Assembly: GCA_016187335.1 (NCBI GenBank)
Contig: JACPJW010000001.1
Location: 404,170 to 468,169, forward strand
DNA: 64,000 nucleotides
Source: Candidatus Aenigmatarchaeota archaeon
Lineage (GTDB): Archaea > Aenigmatarchaeota > Aenigmatarchaeia > GW2011-AR5
Direction of reading: 5' to 3'
In this document: in pieces, positions 38,901 to 46,533 of the stretch
Position numbering within the stretch: the first letter of the stretch is position 1
How the letters are laid out: every line of letters starts with the position of its first letter
Translations under genes and position numbers: made by a program
The notes under the pieces: model-generated
What the model was told of the DNA's origin: nothing
Database searches by the model: none
Seen by the model: the letters and a program-made list of their open reading frames with translations, nothing else

Positions 38901-40421
38901 TTTTTTATTGGACTTTATCCATTTTGGCACAAATGTCTTTGTTTCCGTCTTTTTTCCTATAGGACAGCCTAGCGTTATAAGCAAAACAGCCAAAGACAAA
39001 GAATAACATCTCATGGATGTTGTAAATCCCTTTATTGCTCTGCCATTTACGACAGATTTAGTTGGCACGGTTGAAATATCCGAATGGCTAAAGCCAAGAA
39101 TCTTTAGGTCTTTTTGGATTTCTTTTAAATCTTCCTCTTTTCCGCAGAAATCTATGCCAAATACCGGGAATTTTCTGTTTTTAGATGTACGTACAACAAT
39201 AGATCCATCACCAAAAATATGACCTGCCAATCTGGCTAAAATAAATGATTTTGTAGATTTACTGTGAAGAGGTATCAGTTCTTTATCTTTCAATTCATTT
39301 ATTATAGAATCGTAGCGCGTAAACGTATTTACTTTTAAAATTTTTGCTACCCATGATTTTGAAACTCTTATTTTGAAGGCGTTTTGTATTTCTTTAATAA
39401 TTTTAGTATATGAATAGTTATTTTTTCTAAGTTCGGCAACAAAGTTCTTAATTTTAATTTTCGAATGACTTGTAAGGTCGTTAAATTTATGCAGATCTCT
39501 GAAAACTATATTTTCTAAGTTCTGCAAAGTAAACATTACATTATTCTCATTTACAAGAGCTTTGCCTGTTTCCGTAATTTCCGGCAGTCTGCTTTCCACA
39601 TTATTATATACGGCCACTTTGGTTCCTATTCTGAGCTTAGAAAGAGTCATCCATCCATCTTGCGTCCAGAACGGATGATCACTCGAAGCGATTAGTTTCT
39701 TTCCTGTTAGCGTTTTTACAAGAAATACATTATCTTCCAATTCCACATAGCCCAGAGGTTTTGCCGTAGTTAGAAGTTTAGAATTAGTATCAACAGCTAC
39801 AACCGTGTTGTGTTTCCAGCAGCCTTTCAGTTCTCCTATTTTTCTTGTTCCCCCTTCAACAAGAATAGTAGAATTAGGATCAACGCATCTCGGGCATACA
39901 TGCACCGGATAAAGACCCTTGTAGAGCAGTCCCTTGTCGTAAGCGGTCTTGAACGTGTGCCACGCGCCCTCTATGTACTCGTTGTTGTACGTTATGTAAG
40001 GGTTGTCCCAGTCCATCCACACGCCAAGATTCAGGAACTGGTTATTCATGACAGAAATGAACTGGCTGACGAACGCCCTGCATTCCTTGTTGAATCTCTC
40101 GACGCCTAGCCTTTCTATATCAGCCTTTGATTTTATCTCCAGTTTTTGCTCGACCTTGTTTTCTATCGGCAGCCCGTGGGTGTCGTAGCCCGGCTGGTCC
40201 CATACGTCGAAGCCGGACATGCGCCAGAATCGGATGTAGCTATCCTTCAATATTTTGTTCCAGGCAGTGCCTATGTGTATGTAGCCCGTGGCGTAAGGCG
40301 GGCCGTCAAGGAAGTAGAATTTCTTCTTTCCTTTTCTTTTTGTCTTGGCCTTCTGGTAAATGCCGTCTTTTGCCCAGAACTCGGCGATTTCTTCTTCTTT
40401 TTTCTTGCGGCTTTCTATCAT
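35904..40421 (-). CDS. ileS: Isoleucyl-tRNA synthetase interrupted by an intein
   Basis: 1505 aa; HIGH (YIHIGT), KMSKS (KMSKSKGN), WPISRQRYWGIPLP; 557-aa insertion between CPR and CETA of the zinc-binding region. Confidence 0.9.
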   Translation of the reverse strand: MIESRKKKEEEIAEFWAKDGIYQKAKTKRKGKKKFYFLDGPPYATGYIHIGTAWNKILKDSYIRFWRMSGFDVWDQPGYDTHGLPIENKVEQKLEIKSKADIERLGVERFNKECRAFVSQFISVMNNQFLNLGVWMDWDNPYITYNNEYIEGAWHTFKTAYDKGLLYKGLYPVHVCPRCVDPNSTILVEGGTRKIGELKGCWKHNTVVAVDTNSKLLTTAKPLGYVELEDNVFLVKTLTGKKLIASSDHPFWTQDGWMTLSKLRIGTKVAVYNNVESRLPEITETGKALVNENNVMFTLQNLENIVFRDLHKFNDLTSHSKIKIKNFVAELRKNNYSYTKIIKEIQNAFKIRVSKSWVAKILKVNTFTRYDSIINELKDKELIPLHSKSTKSFILARLAGHIFGDGSIVVRTSKNRKFPVFGIDFCGKEEDLKEIQKDLKILGFSHSDISTVPTKSVVNGRAIKGFTTSMRCYSLSLAVLLITLGCPIGKKTETKTFVPKWIKSNKKLTREFLASYFGSELQIISPRKYGKGFECLRLYLTKNRHLEENGMEFAKQICALINKFGVSTGEIKTERNIVNKIEKSKTTISIDCNDYNLIKFIRYLGYEYCKYRKIRASHVLGYLLYKKSLEKQYRKLKGRILSLRHSKIPCSKIAIMLNLPELYVRHVVYGKSKSVRAAKYTPAFDAWLKNAAKDLRDGFIWDEINSIKYKGKRKVCDIAVETHHNFITNGFLTHNCETAVAYNEIEYSKAKDPSIYVKFPVKGQENVFLVIWTTTPWTLPANTGIMAHPKHEYVKVMVESSGGTEFLILAKPLLEAVMKKAGLPFSIVETFPGKKLAGTEYEHPLRDIFTFQQQLKGAHKVVLSEQYVSMEDGTGLVHTAPGHGQEDYKVGLENKLPIISPVKINGTFDEKCGAFAGNPVKASDKKIIELLKEKDLLLKEETITHDYPQCWRCSTPLLLISVSQWFFRVTKIRDKLIKENKNVNWYPEWAKQRFNNWLENLGDWPISRQRYWGIPLPIWICEKCESVKVIGSADELPEIPRDLHRPYIDNVFLKCRCGSAMKRIADVLDVWFDAGLAGWASLGYPKNKALFKKLWPSDFQTEGPDQIRGWWNAELITSVITFDEKPFTNILFHGFILDAHGVKMSKSKGNIVEPEDIIKKYGRDVLRFYLLSSAPWDDFYFKWPDVEAIARSLIVIENSFNFVKTYATKPKQTDASSGSMPKKLNIEDKWILSRLNTTIKNCTQHFCSYNGHKAVTELHDFLVNDFSRWYIKLIRDRVWPAYSGKDKEAAFYTLYEIAEKTSQLLAPITPYLAEQINLEILGEKESVHTRDWPKYDSKYISAKAEKAMNIVKNLVEASNSQRHESNIKIRWPLAKLTVDSKENLKPFAEIIKNMCNVKAAVFANTNNGVPFDGGKLELDTLLTDELKKEALLREVVRKVQDMRKKSGLVVMDKIALKIEGAGELKKWEKEIKNEVGAAKVVFAKAEGEKLDFEGRKIGIEIKKIK
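38217..39887 (-). mobile_element. Intein with LAGLIDADG homing-endonuclease domain inside ileS
   Basis: Starts CVDPNSTILVEGG, contains ILARLAGHIFGDGSI, ends FLTHN followed by Cys; A/T-rich relative to exteins. Confidence 0.7.
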
Positions 40422-40600
40422 CGTTGAACACCGGAAAATACCATAACGGAAAGAAAAGGGAAATCCCAGGCATAACCTTTCTTTTCCGCCTTAATTACCC
40501 TTTTAAACCTAACTCTGTTGCTTAATTTTTTAAGCATTGAATGGTACTCTTATTAATCAAAGCCAGTGAGGTCATGTAGTCAGTTCTCGATGGTGCTTTC

Positions 40601-41038
40601 ATGACAGAATGCGAAATGTGCGGCTGGAACGGCGATTTGGTCAGGGCCAACGTCGAGGGCACGATCCTGAGGGTCTGCAAAAAATGCTCCGTCCTGGGCG
40701 CAAAAATGGAAGAAGCGAAAACGGAGCAGAAGCCGCTGAGTTTAGCCAGAAAGATGGAAATCTCCGAATTCGTGCCGGATTTTGCCGAGAAAATAAGGCA
40801 CGCCAGGGAGTCAGCAGGAATGAACAAAAGCGACCTGGCGCGCAGGATTGGCGTGAGCCCGTCATTGCTGTCGCGCATCGAGAAGGGCATGCGCCCTACC
40901 GATGCTTTGGCAAGAAAGCTGGAAAAAGAGCTGAAGATAGGCTTGTTCTACACGGACACATTGACCACGGTAAAGGCGGAAAGAACGCCTGAAGTAACCC
41001 TAGGCGACGTCGTTGAGCTGAGGATAAGGAAGAAGTAG
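40601..41038 (+). CDS. mbf1: Archaeal multiprotein bridging factor 1 (zinc ribbon plus HTH)
   Basis: 145 aa; N-terminal CEMCG...CKKC ribbon and HTH MNKSDLARRIGVSPSLLSRIEKG. Confidence 0.75.
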   Translation: MTECEMCGWNGDLVRANVEGTILRVCKKCSVLGAKMEEAKTEQKPLSLARKMEISEFVPDFAEKIRHARESAGMNKSDLARRIGVSPSLLSRIEKGMRPTDALARKLEKELKIGLFYTDTLTTVKAERTPEVTLGDVVELRIRKK

Positions 41039-41195
41039 TTTTTTCTAAAGCGGACATTCCATTTCCGATGGTTATCCCACGTTTTCTTATTTAAGTCTTG
41101 GCAAATTATTAGCAAAAGCAAACTGACTGATACACTTTGTACGTCAGTCAGGAATGGCCATTAAGAATCGGCATTGCTGGTAATGACTTAATCAT

Positions 41196-41330
41196 GGCCG
41201 CCATGGTGTAGAAAGCCCTTTTTGACGCTTCGCTTATCAAAAAGCGCTTGCGGAAATAATTAGGGTTTGCAAATTGGTAGCATCGGAGCCTGTGGAGCTC
41301 CTTGGCTGGGTTCGAATCCCAGTGGCGGCC
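41196..41330 (+). tRNA. tRNA-His (anticodon GUG) with encoded G-1 and 63-nt D-loop intron
   Basis: G-1 plus GCCGCCA, D-stem GTGT/GCAT, D-loop AG [intron 41212-41274] TGGTA, anticodon arm GGAGC-CTGTGGA-GCTCC, T-arm CTGGG-TTCGAAT-CCCAG, acceptor TGGCGGC, discriminator C. Confidence 0.8.
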
Positions 41331-41360
41331 CTAAATTATTGTTATGATTAAGAAAATAAT

Positions 41361-42248
41361 TCAATAACATAAATTCAAGCCAAGATGTCTGTCCAACTGT
41401 TCTTTTGCCATTCTTTGTTCTCTGTTGTTAAGATGCCAATATCGAAATGATTCTCTACGACAAAGATCCGTTCCTTCGTAGCATTCCAATAAATGCGGAT
41501 ACCCTGCGCCTATTATTCTCGGCTTCCCACCGTATTGGGAAGCCACGATTATTGGCGTGTCAAGGCTGTTTGGCGACAAGTTTGCAGGATAGAAAGTGAT
41601 GTGCATTTTTGCCGGGTCAAATTCGAAATAGGGCACTATGGTAAATCCATTTCTCTTGTAATCAAGCTCTACAGGCCTTTGTTGTGCTCTTTTCCCCCGT
41701 CGCCTCAATCCTTCGACAAGATTTCTGTAAAACTTGGAAGTTTTTACAGGCGATGCCAACAGTGGCATGTTTGCACTCTTAACATATCCGCTTGGTGTAT
41801 CATAATTTGGTTCGATTTCACCAAAGCGGAAGGAATACCAGAAGAAGTGCTTACCGGTAGTTTCTACTGCAATGCCTCTTATGTGAGGAGTTTCATAAGA
41901 TGATGGCGGAAAGCCAAATTCATCCCTTCCTGAAATATCTAGTCGGGGCCAATGAGATGCCGGCTTAACAGAAATAAAACATGGGACATTCAATCCATCT
42001 ATATTGACGTCTCTGACCAATATAGGAACATCATTTCTTGTCCACAGGCGAAATTCCTTCTCATCTTTATCCCCACGTCTGTTAATGAATACATGCCACT
42101 TAACTGTTGTCAGGCCTGCGCTGAATTCATCTTCTGTAAAAATTCGCCTTCCTTCAAAACCAAGCTGCCACCAGAATAAGTACCTTTTGTCTATTATCTT
42201 TTCCCCATCTAGTTTGTCAACTAGGCTTCTGTCAATCATATATAACAA
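41361..42248 (-). CDS. Hypothetical protein (A/T-rich gene beside tRNA-His)
   Basis: 295 aa; no recognised motif; no tyrosine-recombinase signature seen. Confidence 0.45.
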   Translation of the reverse strand: MLYMIDRSLVDKLDGEKIIDKRYLFWWQLGFEGRRIFTEDEFSAGLTTVKWHVFINRRGDKDEKEFRLWTRNDVPILVRDVNIDGLNVPCFISVKPASHWPRLDISGRDEFGFPPSSYETPHIRGIAVETTGKHFFWYSFRFGEIEPNYDTPSGYVKSANMPLLASPVKTSKFYRNLVEGLRRRGKRAQQRPVELDYKRNGFTIVPYFEFDPAKMHITFYPANLSPNSLDTPIIVASQYGGKPRIIGAGYPHLLECYEGTDLCRRESFRYWHLNNREQRMAKEQLDRHLGLNLCY

Positions 42249-42300
42249 GAATCAGGAAAATATTTAGCTGTAAAATAAACCACAGAAAATAAAATCAGCC

Positions 42301-42576
42301 CTATCCAGTCCTCTTTATCACGTGCCAGCCGAACTCGGTTTTCACGGGCTGGGAAATCTGGTCCTTTTCCAGAGCGAATGCAGCCATCTCGAACGTCCTG
42401 ACCATCATGCCCCTTCCAAAAGAACCAAGGTCTCCGCCATGCTTTCTTGACGGGCATAAAGAATGCTGCTGCGCAAGCTCCGCGAAGCTCTCGCCTTTCT
42501 TGATCTTGTCAAGGATAAGCTTTACTTCCTGCTCAGTTTTCACAAGGATGTGCGAGCATCGCACTTGGGATGGCAT
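42301..42576 (-). CDS. Parvulin-type peptidyl-prolyl cis-trans isomerase
   Basis: 91 aa; CSHILVKT, GGDLGSFGRGMMV, TEFGWHVIKR. Confidence 0.8.
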   Translation of the reverse strand: MPSQVRCSHILVKTEQEVKLILDKIKKGESFAELAQQHSLCPSRKHGGDLGSFGRGMMVRTFEMAAFALEKDQISQPVKTEFGWHVIKRTG

Positions 42577-42696
42577 CGTTCAATTTACCCACAAAAACTT
42601 TATATATTTCTTAGTAGGTTAATACAGACGGTGACAGAATGACCGGCTCAAGAAGGGATCTACTTCACTCGGCGCAGGAAGCGCGGTTCAGTTAGT

Positions 42697-42870
42697 TTAC
42701 TTAATTCTCAAAACAGGTTTTCTGTCACCATTGATGACCGCGGAAGGATATTCATCCCGGCAGAGATACGAAGGTCTTTCGGAATGACCGCAGGCGAGAC
42801 GCTGTTCCTTTACCCGATTACTTCTGAGAATGCTGTTTTGATTAAGAGAGGTGTTGGAAATGCTAAATGA
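42697..42870 (+). CDS. AbrB/SpoVT (MazE-like) swapped-hairpin small protein, start codon unclear
   Basis: Hand translation ...SVTIDDRGRIFIPAEIRRSFGMTAGETLFLYPITSENAVLIKRG...; no in-frame ATG/GTG/TTG upstream of the domain before a TGA at about 42640. Confidence 0.35.
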   Translation, partial: LLNSQNRFSVTIDDRGRIFIPAEIRRSFGMTAGETLFLYPITSENAVLIKRGVGNAK

Positions 42871-43495
42871 TTGTCTACTTTTCATATTCGATCTTGATGG
42901 AACGCTGTATTCTAAGGATAGGGAAAAAAATTACTACAGAGAGCTTCAAAAATTGAGGAAAAGATTCATTGCTAAAACATTAGGCGTACCATTGAAAGAA
43001 GCGGATAGAATTCTTGCAGGTCTAATCAGCAATTATGGTGAAAATATAGATATCACCTTAGAAACCGAATATGGTGTACCAAAGCCGAGATACTATGCAG
43101 AAACTGCAGGTTCTGTTCCTGTTGAAGACATAATTTCTTATGACCCAAAACTACGTTGCATCTTATGTCAAATAGACTCTACGAAATCTGTTTTGACAAA
43201 TGCACCTAGTGTCTGGGCAGAAAAAGCGATAGGACAGCTAGGAATTGCAGACCAGTTTGGCTTGGTAATGACATGTGATGACGGCATCGTAAAGCCGCAG
43301 GAAGAAGCCTTTCTAAGGGTATGCAGAGGCGCCGCTGTGGAACCAAAAAGAGCCATTGCCGTAGGAGATAACCCTCAACGGGACTTATACGTTCCAAGAA
43401 AGCTCGGGATGAAAACTGTTTCTGTGGGTGTTTTTGACACAAATGCAGATTTCTTCATAGATTCCATTTACGGGTTGCCAGAAATTTTGAGGTGA
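42851..43495 (+). CDS. HAD-superfamily hydrolase
   Basis: 214 aa; motif I FIFDLDGTLYS, motif IV AVGDNPQRD; A/T-rich codons. Confidence 0.7.
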   Translation: MLEMLNDCLLFIFDLDGTLYSKDREKNYYRELQKLRKRFIAKTLGVPLKEADRILAGLISNYGENIDITLETEYGVPKPRYYAETAGSVPVEDIISYDPKLRCILCQIDSTKSVLTNAPSVWAEKAIGQLGIADQFGLVMTCDDGIVKPQEEAFLRVCRGAAVEPKRAIAVGDNPQRDLYVPRKLGMKTVSVGVFDTNADFFIDSIYGLPEILR

Positions 43496-43504
43496 TAGTC
43501 ATGG

Positions 43505-44254
43505 GTGAATTACTTCATCGGCGAGAAAGTTGAAGGCAGTATCTTTGTGCTAGATGACGCAAAGCCTTTTGGGATAAAGTTTCCAGATGATTACGAAAAA
43601 CTGCTCAGAAAAAATAACGGCACTCTGAGAGTCATTGATGCAGAAGAGCTTACTTTTTACTTGATGTATTTTATGGAAACATCAACTGGGCAGAAGCCTG
43701 TTACCCTTATAGGAAAGGGCGGTGCATTGACAGGAGTTCTTCTGAGGCGCAGAGGATTCTCAAAACAAATGAGTTTTGCGGATGTTGAAAGGACTTACAG
43801 CAGCGATGGAAATGGTACGAAGATAAACTACCGTATTATTTCCTGCGATGATGAACTATACCCTCGCATAGCTGACGATGTAATTGCAAGCGGGACGACT
43901 TTGAATTTTCTGATGAGAGAACTTGGCCTGAGGGAGTCTGATGTATATACATTGGTCCTGAGCGGAGATACGAACAGCGGCTGGAGAGATGCAACAGGCA
44001 GTACACTGGCGAATTCAAGGAATGTTTACGCAGCTGCTGTTGCACTACGTCCTAACGCAAAGCCTGCAATATTTTCTACACGATATCTTTTGTACGGCGT
44101 CAAAAACAATCCAAGATACAGGGATTATTTGGCAAAATACGTCGGCGGGGAGCAGAATGTTCGTAGTATTCTGCCAATGCTCAGGGAAATTGATTTGTCA
44201 CCTTTTGATTTGCTGTACAAAGAACCGCGAGAATTTCTCCGGAAATATGGATAG
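43505..44254 (+). CDS. Phosphoribosyltransferase-like protein
   Basis: 249 aa; PRPP-binding-like motif IADDVIASGTTL preceded by acidic residues; N-terminal domain unassigned. Confidence 0.5.
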   Translation: MNYFIGEKVEGSIFVLDDAKPFGIKFPDDYEKLLRKNNGTLRVIDAEELTFYLMYFMETSTGQKPVTLIGKGGALTGVLLRRRGFSKQMSFADVERTYSSDGNGTKINYRIISCDDELYPRIADDVIASGTTLNFLMRELGLRESDVYTLVLSGDTNSGWRDATGSTLANSRNVYAAAVALRPNAKPAIFSTRYLLYGVKNNPRYRDYLAKYVGGEQNVRSILPMLREIDLSPFDLLYKEPREFLRKYG

Positions 44255-44261
44255 TGATTCT

Positions 44262-44798
44262 ATGAAGATTCAGGTTGGAGTTATAGGTCCTGCGGAAGAA
44301 GAGTATTCTTCTGACAAAAAAATGCGCGAAAAAATTGAGATAACGGCAGAGAGATTAGGCGAACTTGTCGCAGAAAGCGGCGCTGTTTTGTTTACAGGCG
44401 GCATGAGCGGCGTAATGGAAGCTGCATCGCGGGGTGCAAAAAAGAAAGGAGGTTTGACCATCGGCACGCCCGGACGAGACAGAGGAATTTCAAACAAATA
44501 CGTGGATGTGGAAATATGCACGCCTATAGACATAGGCGACTTTTTGTTTGCCGGGACGTGGAGCTGTGACGCAATTATTGTTGTTCCCGGAAGCGCAGGA
44601 ACACTGGCGGAAATGTGCCTGGCTTACAGGGCTAAAAAACCTATAATCGTATTGAGAGGATTTGATGAAATATACGAAAAATGGATAGATAACTACATTG
44701 ACGAAGGAAAGTTCGTAAAAATCTTAGGGACAGAAACTCCAGAAGAAGCAGTTGAAATGGCTATTAAAATCGCCAAATTAAATCTAAATAAAAAGTGA
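44262..44798 (+). CDS. LOG/SLOG-family (TIGR00725-like) Rossmann protein
   Basis: Start taken at MKIQVGVIG; GGMSGVMEAASRGAKKKGGLTIG and PGSAGTLAE motifs typical of LOG-like proteins. Confidence 0.65.
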   Translation: MKIQVGVIGPAEEEYSSDKKMREKIEITAERLGELVAESGAVLFTGGMSGVMEAASRGAKKKGGLTIGTPGRDRGISNKYVDVEICTPIDIGDFLFAGTWSCDAIIVVPGSAGTLAEMCLAYRAKKPIIVLRGFDEIYEKWIDNYIDEGKFVKILGTETPEEAVEMAIKIAKLNLNKK

Positions 44799-46069
44799 TT
44801 ATCATGCCCAAATTCCAGACGCCACGAGGCACCAGGGACTTTTTGCCTGAGAAGATGCTCAGAAGGCAGTTCGTTCTGGATACGCTGCGCGCTGTCTTTG
44901 AGAAATGGGGCTACGAGCCTTTGGAAACGCCTGCATTCGAGGACTGGGCCTTGCTGTCGGCGAAGCAGGGCGGCGGAGAAGAGATCAAGAAAGAGATATT
45001 TTATTTCAAGGACAAGGGCGACAGAGAAGTTGGCTTGCGTTTTGACCTGACCGTGCCGCTTGCCCGCGTTGTTGCAGGCAATCCCCAGCTGCCTAAGCCT
45101 TTCAAAAGATACGCCATCGGCAGGGTGTGGCGCTACGACGAGCCGCAGGCCGGCAGGTACAGGGAATTCTGGCAGGCTGACGTTGATATTATAGGCTCGC
45201 CCGAGAGCGACGCTGACGCCGAAATAATTGCTATAGCCTGCGAAGCCCTGCTGGTTCTAGGTTTCAAGGAATTCCAGATACGGCTGAACAACAGGAAGAT
45301 TCTGGAATCCTTTGTGAAGTCTCTGGGCATCAAGGACCCTATGGCTGTTTTCCGCGCCGTTGACAAGCTGGAAAAGACAGGAGAGGAGCAGGTCAGAAAA
45401 GAGCTGAAAAAAACAGTCAGCAGCGCCCAGGCAGACGAAATAATGAAATTCCTGAAGATTAGGGAAACGGAAGAATTGCGTTCCTTGGCAAAAAGCGACG
45501 AGATGAGGGAAGCCATAGCGGAATTGGAATCGGTCCTTAACTCAATGAAGGGCTACGGCTATTCTGCTTTTGTTCGCAGCGACATGTCCCTGGTCCGCGG
45601 CCTTGAATATTATACAGGGCCGGTTTTCGAAATAAAGGTGGGCAAAGCCAGGCTAAGCATAGGCGGCGGCGGCAGGTATGACAAGCTCATAGAATTGTTC
45701 GGCGGCAAGCCAACGCCTGCCACGGGCATTTCCTTCGGCGTTGAAAGGCTTGTGGATATCATGGAAGCGGAGAAAATGCTGGACACGCCGAAAACCATTG
45801 CAAGGGTGTTTATTGCGAGCGCCGGCGACGTCCGTCCGGCTGTCCTGAAAGCCGCCAAGGAGCTGAGAAGGCTTGGCATCAATTGCGAATACGACGTCAT
45901 GCAGCGCGACTTGGGCAAGCAGCTGCAGTACGTCAACGCCAGAAGCGTTCCTTTCGTGCTGATTATCGGCGAGAAAGAGGTTAAGGAAGGCGTTTATCGG
46001 CTAAGGGACATGAAAAGCGGCGAAGAGCAGTTGTTGAAAAGCTTGGAAGACGTGAAAAAGTGGGGTTAA
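44795..46069 (+). CDS. hisS: Histidyl-tRNA synthetase
   Basis: 424 aa; class II motifs and HisRS signatures (GLRFDLTVPLARV, RYDEPQAGRYREFWQ, GGGGRYD). Confidence 0.9.
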   Translation: MIIMPKFQTPRGTRDFLPEKMLRRQFVLDTLRAVFEKWGYEPLETPAFEDWALLSAKQGGGEEIKKEIFYFKDKGDREVGLRFDLTVPLARVVAGNPQLPKPFKRYAIGRVWRYDEPQAGRYREFWQADVDIIGSPESDADAEIIAIACEALLVLGFKEFQIRLNNRKILESFVKSLGIKDPMAVFRAVDKLEKTGEEQVRKELKKTVSSAQADEIMKFLKIRETEELRSLAKSDEMREAIAELESVLNSMKGYGYSAFVRSDMSLVRGLEYYTGPVFEIKVGKARLSIGGGGRYDKLIELFGGKPTPATGISFGVERLVDIMEAEKMLDTPKTIARVFIASAGDVRPAVLKAAKELRRLGINCEYDVMQRDLGKQLQYVNARSVPFVLIIGEKEVKEGVYRLRDMKSGEEQLLKSLEDVKKWG

Positions 46070-46129
46070 AGGAAAAAATTTGCAGGCCAGAAAGAGTCTC
46101 TCCTGTATCAAAGCCCTGTATCGCTGTTT

Positions 46130-46261
46130 TTATGACTTAACCAAGATGTACGAGCACGCCATGCAGATGAATTCTTCATCCGCGCTGTAAGTCCTGTACG
46201 AGCCGCATCTCGGGCAGCCTTTTCTTGTTTTTGCTTCTGCAAGTCTTGTCTTTGCTTTCAT
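46130..46261 (-). CDS. Small zinc-ribbon protein (43 aa, not in ORF track)
   Basis: Hand translation MKAKTRLAEAKTRKGCPRCGSYRTYSADEEFICMACSYILVKS with CPRC...CMAC pairs. Confidence 0.3.
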   Translation of the reverse strand: MKAKTRLAEAKTRKGCPRCGSYRTYSADEEFICMACSYILVKS

Positions 46262-46533
46262 TTTCGTCAGCCCACCTGTTCCCACAATATCGGCATCAGA
46301 ATATAAAGCTTCTAGCGGCGGAAACTATCTTTTACCCTACAATAATGCTTTTATGCGTAGTCTCTGGCAAGGGGTGAAAGCTTTAAAAAGGTTCCAGCCA
46401 AGTATAAAATGCTCTTACTTCTACGGTGTTTTAGCCAATGACAGTAAGGTTAGACAAAAATATGCAAAGCGGAAGAGCAGAACCGATTTCCGGCTTTTGG
46501 TGAGCTTCCGCCTTAGAAAAAGGTGAAAATATT

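Noticed and set aside
41361-42248. Integrase next to tRNA-His
   Set aside because: The 295-aa protein shows no R...HxxR...Y tyrosine-recombinase or serine-recombinase signature; left as hypothetical
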